Below are positions 39,226 through 50,100 of a DNA stretch of 64,000 nt, in pieces. Position 1 is the first letter of the stretch. Every line of letters begins with the position of its first letter. Source of the stretch: a virus; IMG/VR virus record IMGVR_UViG_3300035698_014446, positions 28,206 through 92,205 of that record. The stretch is one strand, 5' to 3'. Position numbers and translations under genes: made by a program. Under the pieces are notes generated by a model. That model was given only the letters and a program-made list of their open reading frames with translations, made no database searches and was not told where the DNA came from.

Positions 39226-39654
39226 ATGAGTGAGTATTTTAAAGTAGTTGAGTTTAAGCATGGTGGGAACAATGAACACGTAGAAACAGTACAGCGTGTG
39301 TCAGGACTTCCTATAGAACAGATCAAGGGTGAACGGTTTAAAGGACAGGTATGGTTCACAACTCTTGGCATCATCGTCTCAACCTACGATGGTGAAAATC
39401 AACGACAGCTAATTGTAAACGCTGATCAGAGTGGGAGAACAGAAGTATTGATGATCTACTCACCAGTTGACAGTCCGATGATCATCGAACACACGGTGTG
39501 TGAAGGGCAAACCTATCAACAGAGGCAGGAAGGGATTATGGTCGACAGGGCGGGCATCATCAACCCAAAGATTGAGGAGTTTATGACTTCTATCCCAGAT
39601 GAAGCGGCCAAGATCATAATGGACTCCGAACTATGGCAGTATATGACATACTGA
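39226..39654 (+). CDS. Hypothetical early protein
   Basis: GGAG RBS. First gene after promoter 3. Confidence 0.65.
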   Translation: MSEYFKVVEFKHGGNNEHVETVQRVSGLPIEQIKGERFKGQVWFTTLGIIVSTYDGENQRQLIVNADQSGRTEVLMIYSPVDSPMIIEHTVCEGQTYQQRQEGIMVDRAGIINPKIEEFMTSIPDEAAKIIMDSELWQYMTY

Positions 39655-39951
39655 AAGGAGCAGTCATGAGTACTTATCGAACAATAGGTGGTAAGAAGGT
39701 TGATATAATGATGGAAGCGGACATCATAACCCGTATTGAGGTGGATTTCCGCGATCAACAAGACAGAATGAGAGACGCGACGTGTAAAGAAATATATGGA
39801 CCAATAGGAGAAATGGAACATATGTTGCAAATTTTAGGATTTACTATTGTACAAACATCTGATAGTAAATTACTAGTAATCGGTGATGCCGGTCTGTTGC
39901 GAGTAATGGAGATATTGGCTAACCAAGCACCAGATGTAAGGTGGGTGTGAT

Positions 39952-40221
39952 ATGAATACTCGCAGACGAGTAAGAGAACACGGTACTATGGAAACAGTAG
40001 CCGGTAATGGCAAAGACAGAATGAACGCAATCCGCACAGTGGTCCACGAAAGTCAGTTTGCAAAGATCGACGGAGTGATGATGGATCTATTCACCGCAAG
40101 TATCATTTGTCAGGTGTACGATGCGTTAAGTGATGCAAACAAAGAGAAGTTCGCCAACCACCCGGCCCCAGCCATGGCCAACATCGCGTACAAACTGGTC
40201 GGGAAACGGGGTGGAAAATGA
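39952..40221 (+). CDS. Conserved phage early protein
   Basis: KIDGVMMDLFTASIICQVYDALSDANKEKF, a motif I recall from phage early proteins. Confidence 0.55.
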   Translation: MNTRRRVREHGTMETVAGNGKDRMNAIRTVVHESQFAKIDGVMMDLFTASIICQVYDALSDANKEKFANHPAPAMANIAYKLVGKRGGK

Positions 40222-40776
40222 CATTAGCGCAATTGTACAATAGATGGGTTAATGCACTGGTCAAACAGTTAAAAGACCGTAAAGCGTACGAGGTAATCCT
40301 CAACAAAAGGGATAGTACAAGATACAACATCATGTTTAGTAGCTGTAATAAGTCAGATTTTGAATCTGTGTGCAGCATAACCATGTTCTTCAAAGAACCG
40401 AAGAGATTACATCTTACAGCTTTAACCGTGTATGGAAAACGGGGGATAGAAATGGCCATCGACGACACTGATAGTGTGATCGCATGGTTTGACAAACAAG
40501 ACGTACTTAAATGAAAGGAGCAAGAAGTGGGTTATTACGGCTACAACAGAGGAGTCAAGTTACTAAAGAAGGATGAATTAGGTAACAGTTGGGGACATGA
40601 TAGACTGATTACCCACCGTGAGTACGTCAGTGCGTACTCCGCTAAACACGCGGTCTTTGCACTGAAATTACACGGGTGGGACGTTAGCAACGCCTATCCG
40701 ACGAAAGATTATAAAGTGGTAGCGTCCAAACGAGTGTAAGTCCAAATGTTAATACTAATTCTAAAGGAGAGCAAAA

Positions 40777-41619
40777 ATGGTAGCACCGGGAACCGAACAG
40801 ATGTTCAAACAGGGAATGGTGTGGGAAGTTAACGACCGATTTGGTCACGCCCGCGCAATCAGGATTAAGACACCGGATGGGAAAGATACGAGTTTTTCGA
40901 TGGTATACGGCAAGGACGAGAAAAGGAACTGGATTCCCGTCCGCCCGGTGTCTGACCGGTTCACACCAATCGGAACAGAGAAGATCATCGACAAGGTGAT
41001 CGAGAGACTCGGCGGTAGAAAAGAGATTTTCAGCGAAAGGCTGAGACTCGAACGTGGCGGGGTTTCTCAACAAGTAGAACTGGTTCTCAAAAGCCATGAA
41101 ATCAAGATTGGTAATGTCGTCGAGCCCGAAGATTCGGACCTGATATCCGAAGGCCTCATCAAAAGGAACGGCGATATTTGGCGTCCGACAGTGAGAGTGA
41201 ATAATGCTCTCGACGGAACCAAATCTATCTCTGTGATAGCCGGATGGTTTCGGCTGGTCTGCTCCAACGGTATGATTGCTGAGGCGTGGGAAGGGTCGTC
41301 GTCTAAGACGATCAAGATTCATACAGTACATCAGGTCGAGAATGCGTTGGATGAGATCAAGAATTTCGATTTCAACGTGAAGGAATTTGCCAAGATGTTC
41401 AAAAAGTTGCGGGGCGTGGTGATTGATAAGCCCGAACTCAAACGAATACAGAAGGCCTTACCTAAAAATTATATGAAAGGTCTGGAAGATATCCCGGAAA
41501 AGACGGCGTATGGCGTGATCAATTACATCACGTACATACAGTCTCATCAAATGTCACTGACTCGTGGTAGCATTGTTCAGCCGATAATCAACAGCATGTT
41601 GAAGAAAGCGGCTGCATAG
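40777..41619 (+). CDS. DUF932/DUF945-family protein
   Basis: VSDRFTPI, NNALDGTKS, GWFRLVCSNGM, KIH. Confidence 0.8.
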   Translation: MVAPGTEQMFKQGMVWEVNDRFGHARAIRIKTPDGKDTSFSMVYGKDEKRNWIPVRPVSDRFTPIGTEKIIDKVIERLGGRKEIFSERLRLERGGVSQQVELVLKSHEIKIGNVVEPEDSDLISEGLIKRNGDIWRPTVRVNNALDGTKSISVIAGWFRLVCSNGMIAEAWEGSSSKTIKIHTVHQVENALDEIKNFDFNVKEFAKMFKKLRGVVIDKPELKRIQKALPKNYMKGLEDIPEKTAYGVINYITYIQSHQMSLTRGSIVQPIINSMLKKAAA

Positions 41620-41635
41620 TGTGACTGCTCCTTTA

Positions 41636-41670
41636 GCCTTGGCGGTGCGTAGCCGCCAAGGCGTCTTTTT
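41636..41670 (+). terminator. Rho-independent terminator
   Basis: gccttggcgg/ccgccaaggc followed by T5. Confidence 0.8.
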
Positions 41671-41735
41671 GAAAGGGAATATGAAGTCTAAACAAGCAAT
41701 CATAGCTATAAGCGCAATCAGATGGAGTTGACTTA

Positions 41736-42047
41736 ATGGTTAAAGTAAATATAGAAACTAAGTACTTTTCTGGTGAAGTAAAACTGACATTCGTTAGATA
41801 TCCCCACGATAATAGTATGTGTATTGTCATGACCGACAAAGAAGGACCGGTGGGTAAAGCCACGGTATATATCGATGGTCACCCCCCGCCGTACAATTAC
41901 GTACTCCTCAAAGGTTGGTCTGAAAATGAAGGAATACCAGAGGCTCTTGAGAAAGCTGGAATCGTTAAGCTGACTGGACATACTGTATCGACTGGCTTTT
42001 GTGAAGCACAAGTAGGAAAACTACTTATTGATTATAAGGATATGTGA
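41736..42047 (+). CDS. Conserved phage protein (DUF4313-like)
   Basis: KATV...VLLKGWSENEGIPEALEKAGIV...TG...GF. Confidence 0.55.
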   Translation: MVKVNIETKYFSGEVKLTFVRYPHDNSMCIVMTDKEGPVGKATVYIDGHPPPYNYVLLKGWSENEGIPEALEKAGIVKLTGHTVSTGFCEAQVGKLLIDYKDM

Positions 42048-42673
42048 TGGATAAAATACCACCAGATATTTTCAAAGTTGACTACAAAAAACTTAAGTTG
42101 ACAGTATTGTTTCAAACAACCGAGTTTGATGAGCAAATAGTTGGAAAAAACAAAAATATGATAAAACACATACTGAAAAGTATACATACTAAATTTGTTG
42201 ATGATAAGGAAACAGCGGGTGTTCTGCAGGTTTATGAATGTGCTGCTCTTAAAGCTGGATTGACTGTTACTGAAATAAAGGAATGCTATGTCCAAGATAC
42301 GTAAACAGACAAGGTTGTGGAAGACACGTGATAGAGGTAAAGTCCGGATATGTGATATGTCCGACCGCCACCTTGATAACACTGTCAAAATGTTCCTCAG
42401 GAGTTATAGAATTTTGCTGTACAGGAGTTGGTGCGATATAATGGTATACCTATCTAACGACCCACCAGACGGGGCTTATTTCGCCGCCAGTGGGGAAGAA
42501 GCCCAACTGGCGGCGCTAATCTGGGGTACTGAGGAAGATTATGGTTTAAGCCTTGAAGAACAGGCAGAACGGGAGATATCCGAATTACGGAGTATGCTGC
42601 TTGAGAAATTACGTAGAGTAAACGCTAACAAACAAACATGGGATAATCTTACTACCAAATTAGGGAGCAGGAA

Positions 42674-42898
42674 ATGCAAGAAGCGGAAGTAACTTATTAT
42701 GGTGTATTTGATATGTAGGTATGCGTACCTCGACACTGGACTGACAAACAAGTGTTAGAGTTCGCCGAGAGAGCGTACCCGTCCGCAACAAGTGGGTGGT
42801 GTGTCAGGAAAGAAGGCGACGAGGCGTTGGACGGTAGTCACGAACGAGTACCGTGTAAACGGGATAAAAGCAAAATTCACATAATGTTGGATGCATAA
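42674..42898 (+). pseudogene. Conserved small phage protein with an in-frame TAG (42716)
   Basis: DM*VCVPRHWTDKQVLEFA...ERVPC...HIMLDA. RBS and end position fit the neighbouring genes. Confidence 0.6.
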
Positions 42899-43562
42899 CT
42901 ATGGCTGTAAACATGCAGGAATTGCAAAAGAAGTGCGACGAACGCGGCATAAGGATACTTAAGCTGCAGGAAATGTTATTTTGTATCAGAGAAGTGGCTG
43001 TCGTGGATTTTAACGACATAATGGTATGGTTGGCTGATAAAGAATTGGACAAGGATTTCCATATAACCAAAACAAGGTTCCGGAGTATATTAGGAGAATA
43101 CCCGAAATCCAAAGGAACAGCCCCGGGAGGTGTGCCGGATATATAGATGAAACTGAGTTCATATTTCAGACGTTATAACTATAGAGGGATTGTTCTCTGG
43201 GTTAGAGGAATTGTTCCTTTAGTTTTGGTAAGACGGGATTTCTTGTGGGGGGTGACTCCCACAGGAATTTCCTGTCGAAAGGAAACCTTTGGACGGACAA
43301 CCAAACGACGTTTATTTGTGGGTGTTGCTCACCTTTTGGATAATAGTTCCATTCGCCGTTAACTTAGTATGGTTTATATTTTTTGTCAAACAAACCAGAA
43401 AGTACAAATATTTCGATGAGATGTCAGAAAACATAAATTACAACGTTAAATGGGGTTACAAATGGTATGGAAAACCATACATCAAAAAACAAGGGTACGG
43501 AATAAATTATTCCCAACTATCCAAAGAGGAATATTTTAACGAATTAGTGGCCAAGAGAGAAA

Positions 43563-44177
43563 ATGAACAAAGATAAACAAAGAAAATACTTTAAAGAATG
43601 GTATACAAAAAATGTTACACAAGTAGCCGTTAGAATGAAAAAGCACAATACCAAAAACAAAATAACGGTTATTAGTCATTACACTGACGACAATTGTTGT
43701 GTTTTATGTGGTGAATCAAATATTAATGTATTAACAGTTGATCATGTAGGTGGTGGTGGAAGAAAACAACAAAAAGATATAAACTGTGGTACTGGTTACA
43801 AATTGTATAGATGGTTGATTAAAAAGAATTTTCCATCAGGGTATAGAATTTTATGTGCAAATTGTAATCATAAAGATGAAATAGTAAGATTAAAAAGAAA
43901 TAGAAACATACCTTGGAGTAGACAAGTAGTTCTTAATGATAAACGTAAAATATTAGTTTTTAACCAGTATGGTGGTAAATGTGTCAAATGTCACATAAGC
44001 GATTATGATATGTTACAAATGGACCATGTAAACAACGATGGTGCAACCCATCGTCGTGAAAGAGGAAATAAAAGTGGTATAAAATATAGTTGGATTATCA
44101 AAAATATGTTTCCTAAAAATTTACAACCACTATGTGCTAATTGTAATTTAATCAAACAATTAAAAACATACAAATAA
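43563..44177 (+). CDS. Tandem HNH-like endonuclease
   Basis: Two copies of CxxC...DHV..G...W...FP...LCANCN. Confidence 0.75.
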   Translation: MNKDKQRKYFKEWYTKNVTQVAVRMKKHNTKNKITVISHYTDDNCCVLCGESNINVLTVDHVGGGGRKQQKDINCGTGYKLYRWLIKKNFPSGYRILCANCNHKDEIVRLKRNRNIPWSRQVVLNDKRKILVFNQYGGKCVKCHISDYDMLQMDHVNNDGATHRRERGNKSGIKYSWIIKNMFPKNLQPLCANCNLIKQLKTYK

Positions 44178-44254
44178 CTTAAGTATTTTGATTACTCTAT
44201 GTTGAGTAATTACACAATACTTCAATAATTTAGCTGAGGAAAGGAAGGACTAAT

Positions 44255-44710
44255 ATGGCAAGAACGAACAGGTTTTCAAAGATTGACAAGATTCTCCCTG
44301 TTACATTGAAGGGCAAGGGTAACAAGAAGACCCGGAGAATCGCAACGGACCGGACAATTTCCGACAAGTTGGCCGATGAAATGGCAGCATGCGCAACGCC
44401 GTCGGCGCTAGCTATGCTGGCATCAAAATTTGGCTTCACGGATGAGGACATCAACAAGTGGGCCAAGGATGCCCCGAATTTCGGCATGTTCCGGATGCGG
44501 GTTGGCAACAGGCTCCGTGGCGTCATGGCGAGAATCGCCAGAGCCAAGAAAAGCAACATCACGCTGAGCGTGAAAGACGCAGCGTACGCCAAACAGTCGA
44601 GGTCGAAGGTCAAGAAGTCGGCCAAAAAAGCAACCAAGAAGGTCGCCAAGAAAAAGGTGGCCAAGAAGTCGAAGAAGAAAAAGAAAAAACGCGCCAACCG
44701 CGTCACCTGA
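44255..44710 (+). CDS. Basic DNA-binding protein with an H1-like C-terminal tail
   Basis: NFGMFRMRVGNRLRG core, then KKSAKKATKKVAKKKVAKK. Confidence 0.7.
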   Translation: MARTNRFSKIDKILPVTLKGKGNKKTRRIATDRTISDKLADEMAACATPSALAMLASKFGFTDEDINKWAKDAPNFGMFRMRVGNRLRGVMARIARAKKSNITLSVKDAAYAKQSRSKVKKSAKKATKKVAKKKVAKKSKKKKKKRANRVT

Positions 44711-44820
44711 GAGTAAGCAAGATGATCACCTCGACTCCGGGCTCCTTTTGTTGCTATTCTGTGACCCAGTGAAACAGATATAACCGGGAGTCCGGAGTAT
44801 ACCAAAACTAAGGGAGTGAT

Positions 44821-45471
44821 ATGGACTTAGAACGGATAAATAATACGTATGGTAAAATGATTTGGTCTATTGCCGGTAGATACAGTACAGGGGTATGGGA
44901 CCAGATGGACGTGTACAATGAGTTATTGTTACAAGTACTCATTGGTATGGAGAGAGGACAGATTCCGCCAGACGGTTCTGAGGAATCCAAATCCAAGGTT
45001 GCTCAATTTGTAATTTGCAGATCAATAGATATTGTCAGAAATGAATATCGACGAAAAGGAATGTGGAGTCTGTATACCAGTAGAAAACTAATAGAAGAAT
45101 TTGACGAAAATTCCGTCGAGGCAAGATCGTCAGAGTACGATTACGAAATGGAAAAGCGATTTATATGGGAAATGTTGCAAACGTTATTACCTATTAAATC
45201 AGCCATATTTGTATACGAATTAACCTTTCCCCGACAAAAAACAATAGAAATAGCTATGCGAGATAAAATCAACGCTGAAAACGACCCAAAGTTGAGGATG
45301 AACAGTGCCAATCTTAAAATTCTCCCCCGACACGTGGCCGAGGCTTTGGGTCCTGATTTTAAGCTGTCCAAAGCCACAATGAGCAGAATCAAACAACAAG
45401 CCAGAACAGTAATTGAAAAAGCTCTAGATTTGGAAATGGAAATCAAAAAATGTTATGTAAGTGGTGAATAA
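44821..45471 (+). CDS. Phage sigma-70/ECF-like sigma factor
   Basis: Region 2-like YGKMIWSIA...DVYNELLL...RSIDIVR. Region 4 HTH HVAEAL...SKATMSRIKQQAR. Confidence 0.65.
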   Translation: MDLERINNTYGKMIWSIAGRYSTGVWDQMDVYNELLLQVLIGMERGQIPPDGSEESKSKVAQFVICRSIDIVRNEYRRKGMWSLYTSRKLIEEFDENSVEARSSEYDYEMEKRFIWEMLQTLLPIKSAIFVYELTFPRQKTIEIAMRDKINAENDPKLRMNSANLKILPRHVAEALGPDFKLSKATMSRIKQQARTVIEKALDLEMEIKKCYVSGE

Positions 45472-45907
45472 TATAATGGATAGACAAGACTTAATAAGTG
45501 CTGCAAGAGACTTGTTAATCGTGGTTGATAACCCGAAGTCTCTTTGTCCTCAGGAAATAGAGAAGATAAGAATAAGATTTATTAAGGAGTTGGAGGCAGA
45601 GAAAGAGAGACAATTATCACGGGCAAGTAAAGTCTGTGTCAATTGCGGATTCTATATGTTGTCTGCAAATGGATGTGATACTAAGTATATAGCAATGGAC
45701 GGCAGTTACTATCTGCGAATATTGGTTGAAGAAAAAGGCCTTACCAAGGAAGGTAGATGCCATGATTGCGGTGCTTTTCTGGGTAAAATTCACCACATGG
45801 GTTGTGATATGGAGAGATGTCCTATATGTAAAAAAGGTCAATTTATAACCTGTGATTGTATAATTGGTAAAGAAGTATCAACGGTGAACGTAAACGAGGA
45901 AAGGTAA
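45461..45907 (+). CDS. Cys-rich Zn-binding protein
   Basis: RCHDCG...HHMGCDMERCPIC...CDC. Confidence 0.6.
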   Translation: MVNNIMDRQDLISAARDLLIVVDNPKSLCPQEIEKIRIRFIKELEAEKERQLSRASKVCVNCGFYMLSANGCDTKYIAMDGSYYLRILVEEKGLTKEGRCHDCGAFLGKIHHMGCDMERCPICKKGQFITCDCIIGKEVSTVNVNEER

Positions 45908-46396
45908 TGCCACCAAAAAAGAGGAAAAAGGAAGCACCATACGTTAGTAAGAAGACGTGCGATGTAAAAAAGTGTAAAAATAAAATTATTTGTATGTGGG
46001 GTGATTTTCCTGATATAGATAAGGGTAATCATTTTGGAATATGTAGTAAACATTCTACTAAACATCGAGACGAAAAAGATAAATTCTCCTTGTACGAGGA
46101 ATTTAGTGTTAATAGGCAAGGGATGGTTGGTAGTGTTGATCGATTTGGATTTCCTATGGCAAGAGATCATAACGAAATGATTAAAATGTTGAGTGTAAGG
46201 GAAAAGAAGGACAATTCTGAAAGTATCCAAAGACTCAAAGATTGGAAAGAAAGAAATAAAGATAAAGATAAAGAAAAGAAAAAGAAATTCAAGCCTAAAC
46301 AAATAAAAACCAGAAGAAGTCGAGAAACATTAGCTAACATGAAAACCAAAAAAGTGTCTAATGATGATATGGATGATGTATTGGCGGGTATATTAG

Positions 46397-46615
46397 ATGG
46401 ATGACACAAAAAGAATAGTTTTTGGTTATCATAACCTTACTGCAGCGGCTATGGAGAACGTTAAAAAGAGAATAGCCGATGAGAAATTACCTATTAAGGT
46501 GCGCATGCAAATACACGACGAGGTAGTTTTTGAAGTACCGAAGGATAAACTTGCGGAGTACACCAAACTGGTATCCGAAATGATGAAAGTGGAAATTTTT
46601 AGATTACAATGGTAA
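46397..46615 (+). CDS. Stand-alone PolA C-terminal (motif C) fragment
   Basis: AMENVKKRI...MQIHDEVVFEVP...LVSEMM. Confidence 0.6.
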   Translation: MDDTKRIVFGYHNLTAAAMENVKKRIADEKLPIKVRMQIHDEVVFEVPKDKLAEYTKLVSEMMKVEIFRLQW

Positions 46616-47333
46616 TGGGAGATAGTTATGTTTGTGGTATGTAAAAATGATTATCCGTGGTTTGTTTGCCCGGAAGACACAACAGAAGTACAGGCACAAT
46701 ACGTAAGGAAAATAAAACAGATAGAAGTTGATAAAGACTGTACCCAAAACCATACAAAAGTTTACGTACATGTTCAAGTCGTGGACATGTTATCCGACAC
46801 ACAAATGAATGCTCTTCTAAGTAGAACTGAATAAAATGAGTGATATGTGCGATTGGAGTGAGCAAGCGGATGATTGCGTAGTCGATCGTGATGATTGTGA
46901 AGATGGTATCGACATAGGCAATGCGTTTGAAGTCGAACGTAGAAATATTCCGTTTAAGATAGACAGGAGAGCCAGCATATACCGAAGCCTTACACCATTC
47001 GAACGAGACATAATGGGAGCCTTTGAGCGGGCGGGTCTTGGACCCCGTATTTGGTGTTTAGCTGCAGGTGGGTCTTGTTATATAAAATTTGGGGAATCGC
47101 GGTTACGCAGCCTCAGGATAGGTGATCACAGAGGACGAAAGAAGTACAGATACAAGTGGAATCTAAGGGTTAATTACAAAATGTTCAAACGTGAACAGGA
47201 TGGGAAAGTGGTGAGGTTTTACTACCCCATATTGGAATACAACGATATGGTTAGGCATATGGTTATGTACCGAAATAAAATACTCAGGGATGATGATAAC
47301 AAGAAAAATTTGCCATATTAGAAGGAAAATACT

Positions 47334-48071
47334 ATGGCTAAGTTACACCCCACAGATGGTGGTTGTTGGTTCTGTCACAAAGACGATGAAGACAAACCTC
47401 TTGTTTTAGACACAGAGTTTGATACATTTGTTCATATAGAATATGTTAAGCACAACCTAAAGAACGCCCCTGATTTTGATACGTTTCGTGAAGCAGAAAT
47501 AATGTCTTATTTACTTGAATCAGATAAACCTAAATGGAAGGAGCAGCAAATGGAATATCTACCTCTCGAAATCAAATTTTATATTGGGGATGGACCGTGG
47601 GCAACAACTGTAGACAAAGTAATACGTCTCCGGTCCGACAAGACCCACGTTGAAGCCAAATTTCCTGATAGAATTTATGAATTGGTGGGGCGTAGTTTCT
47701 CATCGTCCATCCGGAAAGATATATCCTCCGGCAAAAGCGAAGGCGTGAGACTCAAAAACATCATGTACTCACACCCGGAACGGTGGGTAACTTATATTCT
47801 GTGGGTCACCAGAGAAGAATTGGATGTGATGTACAGAGTAGCAATGGTTATGAATAGACTGGATATCAAGTATGACAAACGGGCTATACTTGGATTCCTT
47901 ATCACTGGTAGACATAACCCAAGAGCTTACTTTTGTTCCGAAGTTGTGTACGCATTGCTGGCTACGTGTTTCTTGTTCCCCGGAATGAACCACAAGATGC
48001 ACCCGGATGCGCTGGAAAAAGTAGTGAAGAAATTAGCAGACGTGCTGCTTGATAGAAAAATGGCGGCATAA
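47334..48071 (+). CDS. Permuted NlpC/P60 (YiiX/C92-like) protein with an N-terminal Zn-finger-like segment
   Basis: THVE...KYD...YFCSEVV...HP. Confidence 0.6.
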   Translation: MAKLHPTDGGCWFCHKDDEDKPLVLDTEFDTFVHIEYVKHNLKNAPDFDTFREAEIMSYLLESDKPKWKEQQMEYLPLEIKFYIGDGPWATTVDKVIRLRSDKTHVEAKFPDRIYELVGRSFSSSIRKDISSGKSEGVRLKNIMYSHPERWVTYILWVTREELDVMYRVAMVMNRLDIKYDKRAILGFLITGRHNPRAYFCSEVVYALLATCFLFPGMNHKMHPDALEKVVKKLADVLLDRKMAA

Positions 48072-48412
48072 ACGAGTAGCAATCGTTTTCGTTTCGGTTG
48101 GCCCGCTCGGTGCGAGTCAGCCACTATTTTAAAAGGGAGAAAAAATGAATAAAGATACCGTACGGATGTTAATTACCGTGTTAATCGGTGTTGCGGTGAT
48201 GGCTGCCTCAATCATGTGGCTTCGCAGCATAGCACACCGTTATTGAGGAGAAATTATGGATGAATTAGAGGGAATAACACCCGGACCAACATCAGAAGAT
48301 ATACGAGAAGATGATGATGACGAGTATTGCCTCCGTTGTGGGGAAATTTGGGTGTATTGTTCCTGTTACGATTATAACCATTATTATAGTGTCGCAAATT
48401 GGAGTCAATAAT

Positions 48413-48658
48413 ATGAATTGTCCATTATGTGGATGTAGCACAACAGTTATTGACTCAAGGAATAGTCAAAGTGTAAAAAATGCAAGAAATCGCAGAAGAA
48501 AATGCGTTAATTGTGGACACAGATTCTCCACTATAGAAATAGATAGGGACGTGTATCACAAACGTAAGATGTTCAACAATAGATACGCGAGCTTGAAGAA
48601 AAAGATTATGGGAATTATTGATGCTGACATCAAAAAATATAACGAAAATCCAAGTTAA
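48413..48658 (+). CDS. NrdR-like Zn-ribbon protein (no ATP cone)
   Basis: MNCPLCG...VIDSR...RRRKCVNCGHRFSTIE. Confidence 0.8.
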   Translation: MNCPLCGCSTTVIDSRNSQSVKNARNRRRKCVNCGHRFSTIEIDRDVYHKRKMFNNRYASLKKKIMGIIDADIKKYNENPS

Positions 48659-49929
48659 GAAATTACTTGATCTCCTTGAAGAATACACAAGGTCTGATAT
48701 AGCCGCCCGGCTGGGCGCTGTTCCCGGTGATGTGTTTGTCAATCTCACTCAGATGACCGTTGACAAAATGGACGAGTTACGTACACTTTTGTACGGTACA
48801 GATGATATGGTAAAATTAGGATTAAATTTTGGTATAATCAAACCACGGACTAAGAAGAAAAAGAAAAAGAAGAAAAAGAGGATAGACAGAGTATGAATAA
48901 AAAGAAACAAAAGAAAACAAAGAAAAAAGGTAACTGTAATGCCTTATTTAATCTATGTCATCCACACGATGTGGTAAACAGAAAACAATATTACGGCAAA
49001 AAATCCGAAAAATAAAGAGGACAAACAAGATATGATTGTGTATATGATACTTTGGGCCATCTTCATGATCTTTATAGGATGGTTTACTATTGGTTGTATT
49101 GTATCAGTTTTGTTCGGACACATGGTTACTAAAATAAACCCCCCAAAACGCAATTATACTACTGGCCCAGAAGACTTAAGAGAAATAATGACATGGCCTT
49201 ACATATTTTATAATATTTGTAAATATCGGAGAAAACATGATTAGTAGCGTACAACCAAACATACCAACAGACATACCAACAGACATACCATTAAGCTGGG
49301 TGATAGTTTCTGGAGTGATTTGTGCATTATTTCTGTTGTGGGTTGCCTATCAGTTCTATGAAGGTTGGGTAGGTGAGAAATGCAAACACTGTAAGTGTAG
49401 ATCGGAAAAATGGTTACAGTGGCATCAAATGGATAAAGATGATTATCGGGGTTATATCTGGTGTCCTGTTTGTTTTCACGAGTGTTGGCAGGGATTTCAA
49501 GATAGAGTATTTGGTTAATAAAATCTAAAGAAAAGGACAAACAGAATATGAACAAGGCACAATTCGACCAAATAAGGGAACATATAGAAATACGACACCA
49601 AAAACGAATAGCAGAGATAACCGCAATACGGGACAAAGAATTAGCGGTTATCGAATTAGTACGTAGATTGTCCGGTCCAGTATCCCGCACAAGAGTGCCT
49701 ACTCCTTTAAGGAATGTAGTTGATAAAATGACCGGAATGTTTACAAAGCACGATTTACGAGATTATATAATGGAGAATTGTCCACAAATATTGAATGGTC
49801 ACCCCAGCGATTGTTATTTGGCCGATGCGTTGGCTCGATATGCAAAACAAGGTTTTATACAGGTAGTATTAAGTGGTGCTGGTAGACGGGTTACCAGGTA
49901 CGCAAAGATAGAAGAAGAGGAAGTAACAC

Positions 49930-50100
49930 ATGACTGAGAAAATTAAGGAACTCATTAGAAACATCGATAAACGGATTGAAAAGACTTATAACAAAAAGAT
50001 GGGATAGTTAAAAATGAAGTTGAAGGAATTAACCTCTTATTAGGGAGGCGTAGTAGACGCACTTATTGATTTCAAAGAACATTTTTTCGGGAGAGAATAA
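49930..50100 (+). pseudogene. Small gene with two in-frame TAG codons (50005, 50041)
   Basis: MTEKIKEL...KMG*LKM...TSY*GGVVDAL...GRE. Confidence 0.4.

Noticed and set aside
2864-50100. Amber recoding (genetic code 15) suggested by several in-frame TAG codons
   Set aside because: TAG falls at a Trp position in one gene and a likely Gln position in another. TAG is a real stop before a terminator (41619) and at gene overlaps. Long late genes have no internal TAG, and no suppressor tRNA is seen.
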